The notes under the pieces are model-generated. The model searched no databases, was not told where the DNA came from, and saw only the letters and a program-made list of their open reading frames with translations. The translations under genes and the position numbers were made by a program. 64,000 bases of DNA from NCBI GenBank assembly GCA_000004985.1, contig GG738876.1; one strand, given 5' to 3'. Below are positions 34,050 to 44,804 of the stretch, piece by piece (the stretch's first letter is position 1; every line of letters starts with the position of its first letter). The stretch is from Naegleria gruberi. Lineage: Eukaryota.

Positions 34050-34196
34050 TTCACATTCATGATGAAAATTATCCTGATTTGACATTACCCAAGACACTAA
34101 GGCACTAGGTTTGAAATGGTTGCCTTAATTTTCCAGTTCCTTGTATTAGTAGTTATTTTTATATTATTAGAGTTTTTATTTACAATTTATTCATTG

Positions 34197-35498
34197 TTAT
34201 TGATTGAATGCCTCAGAGAATGCTGCCCAATTAGGACTTTCTTCCAAGTCGAAAACAGCAAAAATAACTTGTTTGAGGCATGAGTTTTCATACTTTTTCA
34301 AACATTTTCTCCACAATTTGGCTTCTCTGAATGGATCATGTAAGAATGCTCCACATCCACTGGCACCTGTTACAAGTGTGTGAATATTCTGATCGGCACA
34401 CGTCTTGAGAACTCCCTCAATATCTAGAATGAGTCGTTGTTCCAATTCCTTTTCATTTGTAATATTTCCATAACCATACCAGGAGTAAAAGTAATTTCTC
34501 TCCGAGTATGGAGTAAAGAAGGGAACAAATGGTCTGAAATCTGCAAATGCAGCAGCAATCATGTAGCAATCGACTGGCTCACTACCAGTCACGAATTTTG
34601 TCTTGGTAAAGTAATTGCCACCTGGAGGCAAATGAAGACCCTTCTTGTAAGAAACCCACCTTCCTCTCACAAAGCTCTTCATTCCAGTATCAATTAATTT
34701 TCCAACAGTTCCCAATAGAGCAGCACCATCACAATTGGTTGCAACTTCTTCCTCTTGAGATCCTCCATAATCAACACAATATGTTCCACATACATTGTGT
34801 GCATTAGCAAAATTGACCCAGGCAACTTTCTTACTAGAATCATTTAATTCCTTTGAAACCAGCTCAACAACTTCTTGTGTTCCCATTCTCAGTGACCTGG
34901 TTTTTAGTAGGTTTGAATCTAAAAGCTCATCAATTAAAAGAGGAGCTTCAGGTTTCAATTCAGGACAAAACCAATCATATAAAGTGAGAGAGCTCAAATG
35001 GTCAATTAATTGAGAACGTTTCTCCTCTACCTGTTCTTCACTCAAGTTCATAGTACCGTCCCAAGCTACATCTACTCTCGATCCAATAGCATATACTCTT
35101 CCTCTCAATAATCTTTTATCTGCATGACTTTTCGAATAGCTCAACTTTCGAACATTCTCTCTCGACATTCTATTCGTCACTCTCAAGCAAAAGTTTTGGA
35201 ATTCCTCTCCATGTAAATCAAAACTTCTCGATCCAATTCTATGAAATGCTTCTCTGTACTTTTTGAGAATTTCCTCAACAGATAATGAAGATTCACAAGG
35301 TTGAATATCATTTAACCAATTTAAACAAGTTTGATCTTCCACCAATTTTAAATATAATTTTTCATTAATTATTGTTTTGATCTTGTTGTTTTCCTGATCC
35401 GATTCTTGTTGATGAATTATTGTTTTAAATTGTTTCAAACCGGAAGGAAATTCAGCTGGATAATCATTACGAAGTTTTGGCAATGTCGAGTTGATCAT
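34197..35498 (-). CDS. Microbial-type poly(ADP-ribose) glycohydrolase-like macrodomain protein (TIGR02452/DUF2263-like; 433 aa)
   Basis: Segments ...WVNFANAHNVCGTYCVDYGGSQEEEV... (compare NFANA...GGG-x-QEE of bacterial-type PARG) and ...HTLVTGASGCGAFLHDPFREAKLW...VIFAVFD (compare LVLGAWGCGVFGNDP...VVFAV.D). The family assignment is from memory of the signatures. Confidence 0.5.
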   Translation of the reverse strand: MINSTLPKLRNDYPAEFPSGLKQFKTIIHQQESDQENNKIKTIINEKLYLKLVEDQTCLNWLNDIQPCESSLSVEEILKKYREAFHRIGSRSFDLHGEEFQNFCLRVTNRMSRENVRKLSYSKSHADKRLLRGRVYAIGSRVDVAWDGTMNLSEEQVEEKRSQLIDHLSSLTLYDWFCPELKPEAPLLIDELLDSNLLKTRSLRMGTQEVVELVSKELNDSSKKVAWVNFANAHNVCGTYCVDYGGSQEEEVATNCDGAALLGTVGKLIDTGMKSFVRGRWVSYKKGLHLPPGGNYFTKTKFVTGSEPVDCYMIAAAFADFRPFVPFFTPYSERNYFYSWYGYGNITNEKELEQRLILDIEGVLKTCADQNIHTLVTGASGCGAFLHDPFREAKLWRKCLKKYENSCLKQVIFAVFDLEESPNWAAFSEAFNQ

Positions 35499-35721
35499 TT
35501 TTTTCTATTATTATTAATATTATGAATAAACCACCATTTTCTTATCAGTTCCATGAAGAAGTATTTTCAGAAGAGTTATTTCCCAATGTGCTGAGAATTG
35601 ATGATATCATCAAAAAGATGACGTCATTTTGCCGCCATTTTTTTCACGGGTGGCCGACGCATATTCAAAATGGCCTGAAATCGTCACTGGGAAAACATGG
35701 GCCAAGTTGACTTCCAACGAT

Positions 35722-36879
35722 ATATATAATATCACACCACATAAAATTAACAGTACGTGACGGTCATATATAAACTACTATTCATGAATTGTAATGGTTT
35801 CAATCGTTGTATTACACGAGTAAATAATCAATTTGTCATTTTGAAAAATTACAATTTTAATTACAACAACTTAAAAACCACATTTTCTAAATTTCATATG
35901 GTAATCTCTCTGAATTATATTGTATACATACCAAAAAGTAATGTATCAATTATTTGCTATTTAAAACCTTGTATTTTTAAATATTTATCTATTAAACTTT
36001 AACTACTATATTTGGAATAAAATTTTCAATATTCTCAAGAAATAATTAACCAATGTTTTCATGGTTAATGTTAAATTATATAAAGATGATAATCAAGCAA
36101 AATAATATAAATTGTTAATGATTTAGTGTTTCAGGATTCAAATCTTATGTTTTTGTCAATTTATCTTCCTTATTTTTCAGTATTTTAAAAAAAGCCGAAT
36201 CAGAAAGATTGTAATTGTAATTTAATTTAGTTTCGTATATTGTTGGAGATGTAAATCATTAAGAATAAAAACTAGATACGAAAAAACATTGAAATTCTTG
36301 CTGGGCTAGTGGTAAATTTTTAACTTGGTCAAAATTCAAAAAATGCCACCAAAGCCAAGCAAGTTCATGCTTCGATCAAAAATTATGAAATCAACAAGAT
36401 CCAAGAACAAGAATGATGATGATGATCTCTCTAATATTTGTCCTGGTATTGATTTAAAAAGAATTGGTGATGTAAAATTGATTAATTTAATTGGAAAGAA
36501 AGTTTTTATTCGTGATGGTCGTTTATTCACCCATTCCGAACCTATTACAATATCATCTAGACAATGTACATGTTCTTCTTGTGGAAAATTGTATAGAAAT
36601 TCATTACGAAAGTACCATGACAGAACATTAGCAAAGAAAAATCAACAGTTCCGTAAAACAATCAAATCACTCAAAAGGAAAGTCAAAATATTGTCACATA
36701 ATGATGATGTTATTGTAGAAAAATTGAGATCACTGTTGGAACGTAATATTATCACACCAAATCATTTCTTTTATAGATTTATATCTAACACGATCCTCAA
36801 TGCCGACAAATCTTCACATTACTTCATGAATAGTAGTTTATATATGACCGTCACGTACTGTTAATTTTATGTGGTGTGA
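35722..36879. mobile_element. Candidate DNA transposon remnant: perfect 57-bp terminal inverted repeats (35722-35778 and 36823-36879) flanking ~1 kb with one ORF; right TIR abuts an assembly gap
   Basis: tcacaccacataaaattaacagtacgtgacggtcatatataaactactattcatgaa at 35722-35778 is the exact reverse complement of 36823-36879. Ns begin at 36880, so the true right boundary and any TSD are unknown. Confidence 0.4.
36343..36864 (+). CDS. Hypothetical basic protein (173 aa from first ATG) encoded inside the TIR-bounded element; its last ~14 codons run into the right TIR
   Basis: First ATG at 36343 (aaaaATGCCACCAAAG). Basic N-terminus, Cys cluster (CTCSSCGKLYRNSLRKYHDR) and a K/R-rich helical segment (KTIKSLKRKVKILSHNDDVIVEKLRSLLERNII). 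It is vaguely like the post-THAP region of P-element-type transposases, but without an intact zinc finger I can verify. Confidence 0.3.
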   Translation: MPPKPSKFMLRSKIMKSTRSKNKNDDDDLSNICPGIDLKRIGDVKLINLIGKKVFIRDGRLFTHSEPITISSRQCTCSSCGKLYRNSLRKYHDRTLAKKNQQFRKTIKSLKRKVKILSHNDDVIVEKLRSLLERNIITPNHFFYRFISNTILNADKSSHYFMNSSLYMTVTYC

Positions 36880-36929
36880 NNNNNNNNNNNNNNNNNNNNN
36901 NNNNNNNNNNNNNNNNNNNNNNNNNNNNN
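36880..36929. other. Assembly gap (50 N)
   Basis: Run of n characters immediately after a perfect inverted repeat. Confidence 1.
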
Positions 36930-37001
36930 CTGAAATTTTATTAATTTTATCTTTTTTTGCTTAATCATCATCATCCTAGGATGAAAATGCATAATTTATT
37001 A

Positions 37002-37508
37002 TTACAAGACATACATACACACGATGGTATAAATGGCCAAGCAAACAGTACTCAATAATCCCCATAACCAAACCAATGTTCTCAATGGAGGCAAATTGAA
37101 CCAGTACATGAAAAAGTAGACCATTCTAGAGAGGGTAAAGCTTGCCATCAGAATATTCCCCACAATGGCATTCCACAAGGAATATTGAGGATCGGTGATT
37201 GATGTATAACTCATTGTAGAGATGATAACGTATGGAATTGCAATCATGATGAATGGCACAACATTTTCAATGTCATTTCTGTGAATGTTGCCAGCCAATT
37301 CGGCACGAGAGGCCCATGAGGATGGTTTCTGATCTTCGAGGGAGTAATTGCTATTGTTGAGTGCTTGTTTTTGCTTTTTAGTCGACATGGCATCTATCAT
37401 TTTAGAAATACCTGTTATTTGAGCAGCAATGAATAGACGAAACATTAAGAGAAAGACATTATAGACAAATCCTTGAAGGACAGGATTGTAGAGAATGAGT
37501 GGTTGCAT
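37002..37508 (-). CDS. Microsomal glutathione S-transferase (MAPEG family, MGST1-like; ~168 aa)
   Basis: First ATG at 37506-37508 (MQPLILYNPV...); the track's longer N-terminus starts at GTG. Four TM segments and the MGST1-type motif R.HLNDLENIIPF, here HRNDIENVVPF. Confidence 0.7.
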   Translation of the reverse strand: MQPLILYNPVLQGFVYNVFLLMFRLFIAAQITGISKMIDAMSTKKQKQALNNSNYSLEDQKPSSWASRAELAGNIHRNDIENVVPFIMIAIPYVIISTMSYTSITDPQYSLWNAIVGNILMASFTLSRMVYFFMYWFNLPPLRTLVWLWGLLSTVCLAIYTIVCMYVL

Positions 37509-37776
37509 TTTGTTTTGTTGTGTGAGTTTTTCTCTTTTACAAAGAGTTGAGCTATTTGAATGAAATATTGTGTTGTTCACAACTCAATGCATCCTCCCGG
37601 ATCTTTTAGTGTACGTCCACAGGTCAACCTACTCTCACAAATAACAATGTTTCTTCTTCAAGTGTATGTGCTGATGCTAATTTCCAAGGGATCTCATTTC
37701 TATGTGTTATTAAAAACAGCAATGAAAGATTGTTAAATTTCTGAAAATTTAACATATTAAAGAAATTTAATTTACA

Positions 37777-38748
37777 CTACAATTTAATATTGGTAATATC
37801 TCTGAGAACTCTATCAATTTGTGGACTGTTCAACACTGAAGAATCCACAAAGATGACCTTCTTGTTGGATTTCATCTTGCCTGACTTGACAATTCCCTTC
37901 TTTCTCGGTGTTGGAGTTTTTGGTGATGTTGGAGAGAGAAGTGAATTATTCAAAGTTGTGCTCGTTTCAATGATACTTCGTTCTCCAAATTTGAATTCAT
38001 TCCAAGGTCTAACTTCTGCACAATTGGCCAAGTTCAACAAATAATCCACATCGTGATTATTTCTTCTGCCAATGAAATCATATAAGTAAATAATTAATGT
38101 ACAAATGTCACGGGTTGAATCCAATTCCAATTCTTGAATGAATTCAAACTTTTCATTACTTGAATTTTCCTGATTTTCAATTCCAATGCAATTGAACAGG
38201 TAGATGAATTTGAAACTCTTCAAAAAGGAAAATTGTGCTTGAATAGAGTTTGTTGCCTTTTCATTCAAGGTAAAGTACATTTCGAACAATTCATGTTCTG
38301 TTAATTGTTTTTCGAATAGAAAACCAGAGATTCCACACGAAGAAGAAACTTGTTGAAAATCTAAATGATTTTCAACCTGTCCAGAATGCCCAAATATTTG
38401 TTGAATTAAATGTAAGCAGGAGAGAAGATGAAAGCTTGTTCGTGATGAATTCAAATCCGAAATCCAAACTCTAATTTCGGTTATTAACGGATTCAACACT
38501 TGAAACTCTGCGCTAAATTGAACAAACATGGTCAGATATTCATTATCAAGTAAGGCTTTGAGGAAATCTACTTTTTGTTCAAAGGGTTTCGGATAGCTTT
38601 TAGAGAGAATAAAAGTATTTTCTGAGGTTGGAGGCGAGCCAATAAAGGCATCATTCAACATGGACTGCATTGATAATAACTTGGATGGATGAATTGTTTT
38701 ACTAGGAGTACTAACTTGTGATATTTTATCATTGGAAAAGGAAAACAT
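37777..38748 (-). CDS. Hypothetical protein (323 aa), possibly cyclin-fold-like; lysine-rich C-terminus
   Basis: Clean ORF with ATG at 38746-38748. No motif I can name with confidence. Confidence 0.4.
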   Translation of the reverse strand: MFSFSNDKISQVSTPSKTIHPSKLLSMQSMLNDAFIGSPPTSENTFILSKSYPKPFEQKVDFLKALLDNEYLTMFVQFSAEFQVLNPLITEIRVWISDLNSSRTSFHLLSCLHLIQQIFGHSGQVENHLDFQQVSSSCGISGFLFEKQLTEHELFEMYFTLNEKATNSIQAQFSFLKSFKFIYLFNCIGIENQENSSNEKFEFIQELELDSTRDICTLIIYLYDFIGRRNNHDVDYLLNLANCAEVRPWNEFKFGERSIIETSTTLNNSLLSPTSPKTPTPRKKGIVKSGKMKSNKKVIFVDSSVLNSPQIDRVLRDITNIKL

Positions 38749-39322
38749 TGTGATGAGAATGATTGAGAATTTTTTTTAAGGTTTTTTGGAGGTTTTTCAA
38801 AATGTTGGCGGGAAATTTGAATTAAGTTCTTTTGAGGTCAAGCTTTTGTTGAATATTTAAATTGTAAAAATGAGAAAATTGTAAATAAATTGAAGAGATT
38901 ATATAGAAACACCAACTAAAATCTTCTTCCAAGTTGTGCAATAACGAACAGCAATTTCTATGTTATTTTCACTATTGAAGTATGTCCAAAATAATCTTGG
39001 TACAAAATTGTGTTTTGCACAAACATTGAAACAACCCATGGTCATACAGTGGACATATGATATTCAGAACATTGAAACTCTTTCGAACGCATCATTTCCT
39101 TCCCTATCCAACTGCACAACTTTCAGAATCTAATTCCAATTCCGCAATAATTCCACCTCCTTAAATGTTAATTGTTTAGAACCGCCTGATAGAACATGAG
39201 ATAAGTTACAAGCTGGAACTTTTGGCGCCAACCTCAAAAGTGTCGTTGCAACCAACATCTTCTTTCAGTAAAAAAAACAAACAAGAAAAAAAAGTGGCGT
39301 TTTCCAATCAGCAAAAAAACCA

Positions 39323-41751
39323 ATGAAAAGAGAAACTTTTAAGGTTCATGCAATACAACAAGGAAGAAGGAATAATGATTCAACTCCTTCTTCTTCCTAC
39401 TCGGAAGGATTTTTAAAGATGAAGAAGAATGTAAATAATAGCTTGATGATGCTGGTTGCATTAATATCAATCATGCTGCTGTTGGGTTTCTCTCAATATG
39501 TTGAAGCATTGAATGGTGAGGGAGTTGATGTATCCAAGTGCACTTATCAGAGTTCTGTCTCATTGGGCTCTACCATGACTTTAAAGTGGAATGTTTTGAA
39601 GAATCCTAGTGATGCCTCCAATTATATTCTCGAATTTGGTTTAATTTGCACAAAGGCAGGTTATTGTTCCATTGGATTTGATCATCCGTATGGGCAGGGC
39701 ATGCAAAGTATTGATACCTTGTTTGCTTTTGTGAGTTCTGGAGTTGCCAATGTTCAGGATTGTTACTGCACCAATAAGCATTCAATTCCAACCATCGATT
39801 CGAACAATGGAGGTTCTAATGACTTTTTGGAAACTAATGGTGGAGTTGTGAATGGACAGTATCATTATAGATGGAGTAGAAAGATGAGTACTGGAGATTC
39901 ACAGGATGCAACCTTTAAGAATTCAAATGTTTATGTGAGTTGGGCCTATCATTCATCCTCTACCTCAATTTCTTCAACTCACACCGACTATGGAAGAAAT
40001 ATTGCAGTTAATTTCCTTTCCAATACACCAACTGAAACCTATGTGAAAGGAATGATTAATAATGGAGCTAGTAGTTCATCCTCTTCTTCCTCAAATTCAA
40101 CAAGTACTAGTAGCTCCACTTACACACAAGTTCCATCTCTATGCCCTTGCCATTGGTATTGCTTCACTAATCATGGCTGGATTAATTGTGACTTATTTGC
40201 CAACTGCTTTCAAATCCAACATTATTACTCACTTTTTATTTTATAGAAAGATTTCCAAGGTTATTCCATATGATTTTCCATTAGTTTCTTATGTGAATCA
40301 ATTCCTTGATTTGACAATTGGTGAAGTATTGGTGATTATTGTCTATTTGGCTATGAAGGTTGTTTGGTTTGTTTATGGATTTCTTACTCAAACTGATGAT
40401 TCTACAGCAAAGAAGGTAGCCTCTGGATTTACTCAATTAATTGTGTTTAACTATATTTTCCTGTTCATTCCAGTGACAAGATATTCAGTTTTACAAGCAT
40501 TATTTGGAATTTCATTCGAAAGATCAATCAAATTCCATAAATGGATTGGTGTCATGGTTTTCCTCTCTGCAACTGCTCATGGTATAGTGGAATTTATTGC
40601 GTACAGGGACAATATTCCATATATATTCTCGGTTGGTGATGGTTTTCCATTACTGGGAATTATTGCTTGGTTGACTCTTGGATTGCTTCTTTTATTCTCA
40701 CTTGAGCCAATCAGAAGAAAATTATATGAATTGTTTTTGGTATTCCACATTCCATTGACCTTTATCACAGTCACATTCTCAATTATTCATGGTGAAGGTT
40801 GGATTAATTTACTTCCATATATGGCATTCTCACTCTTTTTAATGGTAGTGGATTTTCTTTTGAGAGCAATAATTGGATTTGGCGTTCCAACCAAGTTGGT
40901 TCAGATTTCATATGATGAAGATGCTGAGGTTACAACTTGTGTATTCGAAAAGAGATTCTTGACCCTGTTCCACAATCCAAATCATGCTCACTTTGTCTTT
41001 GTTTACATTCCACAAGTTTCCATTTATCAACTCCATCCAATGACAATTAGTTCATGTGTTAAGTTGCATGATGGTAGTCATCAATTTACATGCCACATCA
41101 AACGAATGGAAGGAGGTTCTTGGTTAACCAAATTGGCCAACCTAGCCAAGTCAAAGAATGATTGATGAATATTTTGGCGTTAGAGTTGAAGGAGCATATG
41201 GAAATCTTTCCATTCCATTCTTCAATTCAGGACTATTCTCAAAAATAGAAGATCCAAAGCGTACCATTGTCTTTATCGTTGCTGGAATTGGAGCCACTCC
41301 TGCCAATGCTATCCTTACAGCTCTGGAAGATCCAAAATATAATGAACCAACTCCTTACAAGGTCTTTGTTAACTTTACAATGAGAAATGAAGCTCTCCTT
41401 CCTCACTTGACCAAAATTATTCAACAAAAACCCAATGTTGAAAGTTCCTTCTATATTACTGGTTCCAAATCAAAATCTCACAATGCCAATCAGATTGAAA
41501 TGCTAGAGAAGGGAAGAAGTACTGGAATAGATCATAGTAATGATAGAAGATTTATCAAGGGATCAAGACCAGTCTATGAAGAGTATCTTCATAAGGTGAA
41601 ACAATATGTTGCCCAATCTAAATCAAAGCCATACGTTTCAGTGTTTGCCTGTGGTCCAGCAGCCATGATGAATGCAGTTCATAATGCTGTAATTTCAGCT
41701 AGTGATATGGATTGTCGATTTGAACTTCATAAGGAAGAATTTGAATTTTAA
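39323..41751 (+). pseudogene. DOMON-domain ferric reductase / NADPH-oxidase-like gene, copy 1 of a tandem pair; reading frame broken by two single-nucleotide frameshifts (~40130 and ~41162)
   Basis: Three overlapping ORFs (39323..40246, 40062..41165, 41158..41751) together encode a signal peptide, a DOMON-like extracellular domain (YCSIGFDHPYGQGMQSIDTLFAF...YHYRWSRKMSTGDSQDATF), a six-TM ferric-reductase domain with heme-binding His residues (HKWIGVMVFLSATAHG; IHGEGW), the FAD motif HPMTISS and NAD(P)H motifs (FIVAGIGATPANAIL; FACGPAAMMNAV). Successive ORFs are offset by +1. Copy 2 is colinear without these shifts. These are either real pseudogene lesions or indel errors in low-complexity sequence. 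Confidence 0.55.
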
Positions 41752-42042
41752 TTTATAAACTATTTTGTTTTAAGGTAATAAAAGCATCTTGGAATTCCAA
41801 GAGGAAGTTTTTTCCTCTGTTGTTGAAAAATATGGACTTTTTTGGAACTTTTACGACAAGAATATGTTGTTAAGGATGCATCCTTCCCTTTTAATCTTCT
41901 TATTTTCCATTATTCCACATGAATCATTGTAAATTGCGCTGGTGTTTTTAAAAATTGGCGTTTTGCATGGCCTCCTCTCCTCAAAACCAAGAAGACAACT
42001 GGAAAAAATCTTTAACACAACCATTGAATAGGATTTTCACAC

Positions 42043-44474
42043 ATGTGGATATTAAGGCAGCAGCAGAATCATCCAATAAAACATTTAGAGAGTGTTAACT
42101 ACTCTCTTTCATCAAATAGAACACAAAAATGTTCGGAAAGAGGATTATTAAAATTAACTGTCATGTGTTTGATAATATTCATGATAAATATCACTCATAT
42201 ACAACATGTTGAGGCATTGAACAGTGCAGGAAATGATGTGTCCAAATGTACCTATCAAAAATCAGTAAAACTTGGCTCTACCATGACTCTCTACTGGAAT
42301 GTTTTGAAAAATCCCAATGATGCCTCCAATCCCATTCTTGAATTTGGTTTAATTTGCACAAAAGCAGGTTACTGTTCCATTGGATTTGACCATCCATTTG
42401 GAAAAGGTATGCAAAGTATTGATACCTTGTTTGCTTATACTTCCAATGGAGCTGCATATGTTCAGGATTGTTATTGCACCAATAAGAAATCCATTCCAAC
42501 CATCGACTCGAACAATGGAGGTTCTAATGACTTTTGGAAACTAATGGTGGAGTTGTGAATGGACAGTATCATTATAGGTGGAGTAGAAAGATGAGCACTG
42601 GAGATTCACAGGATGCAACCTTTAAGAATTCAAATGTTTATGTGAGTTGGGCCTATCATTCATCCTCGACTTCAATTAGGTCAACTCACACGGCCTATGA
42701 TAGAAATATTGCCATCAACTTTCTTTCTGTCTCGCCAACTGAAACCTACTCAACTGGTATGATTAATTCTGGAACTAGTAACAATAATAATGGAGGTGGT
42801 AATAATAATGGTGGCAATGATGACAATGAAGGAGACAATGATGATGACCATGACAGTGGAGATTCAAAGAAGCACTTGTATCATTTGTATGCTTTGGGAA
42901 TTGCTGTATTTTCCTTAATGGTATTAGGAATTATTACCACTATCTTACCAGCTTCTGTCAAATCTAATATCTTTACTCACTTTTTGCTGTACAGAAAGGT
43001 TTCGAAAGTTATTCCATATGATTTTCCATTAGTTTCCTATGTGAATCAATTCCTTGATCTGACTCTTGGTGAGTTGGTTATCATTTTAGTATATGCTGGA
43101 TTGAATGTTATTTGGTTTGTTTATGGATATTTGGAAAGTCAAAAGGTTTCGTCTGCATTTGCAAAGGTGATTGTATTTAACTATATTTTCCTGTTCATTC
43201 CAGTGACAAGATATTCAGTTTTACAAGCATTATTTGGAATTTCATTCGAAAGATCAATCAAATTCCATAAATGGATTGGTGTCATGGTTTTCCTCTCTGC
43301 AACTGCTCATGGTATAGTGGAATTCATCGAATTTAAAGATAACATTCCATTCATGTTTTCAGTGGAGGATGGATATCCATTGTTGGGAATTATTGCATGG
43401 CTAGCTCTTGGATTATTATTGCTATTTTCAATGGAGCCAATCAGAAGAAAATTATATGAATTGTTTTTGGTTTTCCATATTCCATTGACATTTATCACAG
43501 TCACATTCTCAATTATTCATGGTGAAGGTTGGATTAATTTACTTCCATACATGGCATTCTCTATTATTTTAATGGTAATTGACTGGACTTTAAGAGCAAT
43601 TATTGGATTTGGTCTTCATACACAACTAGTCCATATATCCTATGATGAAGAGTCTGAAGTGACCACTTGTGTATTCGAAAAGAGATTCTTGACCCTGTTC
43701 CACAATCCAAATCATGCTCATTTTGTTTTTGTTTACATTCCACAAGTTTCCATTTATCAACTCCATCCAATGACAATTAGCTCATGTGAAAAACTTGCAG
43801 ATAGTAACCATTACCGATTCACATGCCACATCAAAAGAATGGAAGGAGGTTCTTGGTCAACCAAATTGGCCAATCTTGCAAAATCCAACAAACCAATCGA
43901 TTCATATCATGGTGTTAGAGTTGAAGGAGCTTACGGAAATCTTTCCATTCCATTCTTCAATGACAGTCTCCTCTCCAGAAGTGAAGATAAAAAGAGAACC
44001 ATTGTCTTTATCGTTGCTGGAATTGGAGCCACTCCTGCCAATGCTATCCTTACAGCTCTGGAAGATCCAAAATATAATGAACCAACTCCTTACAAAGTCT
44101 ATGTGAATTTAACTTCAAGAAATGAAGCAATTCTCAAGCACTTTAGAATACTGGTCCAACACAAACCAAATGTAGATTGCACATTCTACATAACAGGAAC
44201 TAAACCATCCAAATCTATAGAAATGTTAGAAAAAGGGCAAAGTACTGGAATTGACCATAGTACAGATAGAAGGTTTATCAGAGGATCAAGACCAAATTAT
44301 GTTGATTACTTGAATGGTGTGAAAGCACAAGTCAATCAATCAAAATCGCTCCCTTACGTTTCAGTGTTTGCCTGTGGTCCTTCTTCAATGATGAATTCTG
44401 TTCATAATGCTGTGTGGTCATGTAGTGATATGGATTGTCGTTTCGAATTACATAAAGAAGAATTTGAATTTTAA
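42043..44474 (+). CDS. DOMON-domain ferric reductase / NADPH-oxidase-like protein, copy 2 (intact except for a 1-nt deletion in a T-run at ~42525 that splits it into ORFs 42043..42558 and 42534..44474)
   Basis: Same architecture as copy 1: signal peptide, DOMON-like domain, FRD TM domain HKWIGVMVFLSATAHG, HPMTISS, FIVAGIGATPANAIL and FACGPSSMMNSV. Copy 1 has gactttttggaaa (T5) where copy 2 has gacttttggaaa (T4), so a homopolymer indel (sequencing error or real) is likely. Confidence 0.6.
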
Positions 44475-44804
44475 ATTGTTGATGAAATTAAATGATAATT
44501 TTCTGTGTCATTGTGTGAAGATCACTGAAGCGCTGTTGATTTTTTTTAAGTGATCACACAATTTAGAGCAAACATAACCTATTTCCAAACACTGACATTT
44601 GACGTCGTCATTAAAACAATCGAACAGTCAAAAAAAATCACCCATCTGTCCAACATCAAAGTTGTCAAAATTACGATAGAAAACAACCAAGTCATCCGTA
44701 ACAAGAGATAGTTTTCTTCTTCTTCATCTTTAAATTATAATCTTTTTTCAACAACACATCATCATATCCAACACAACCATTGGATATATTCACATCATAA
44801 GAGA

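Noticed and set aside
40062-40262. An intron explaining the frame change between ORFs 39323..40246 and 40062..41165 (attractive ctttttattttatag acceptor near 40245)
   Set aside because: Copy 2 reads straight through the homologous position as coding (HFLLYRKVSKV...). The overlap needs a net 1-nt shift, which cannot be produced by a real intron here, so a frameshift or indel is more likely.
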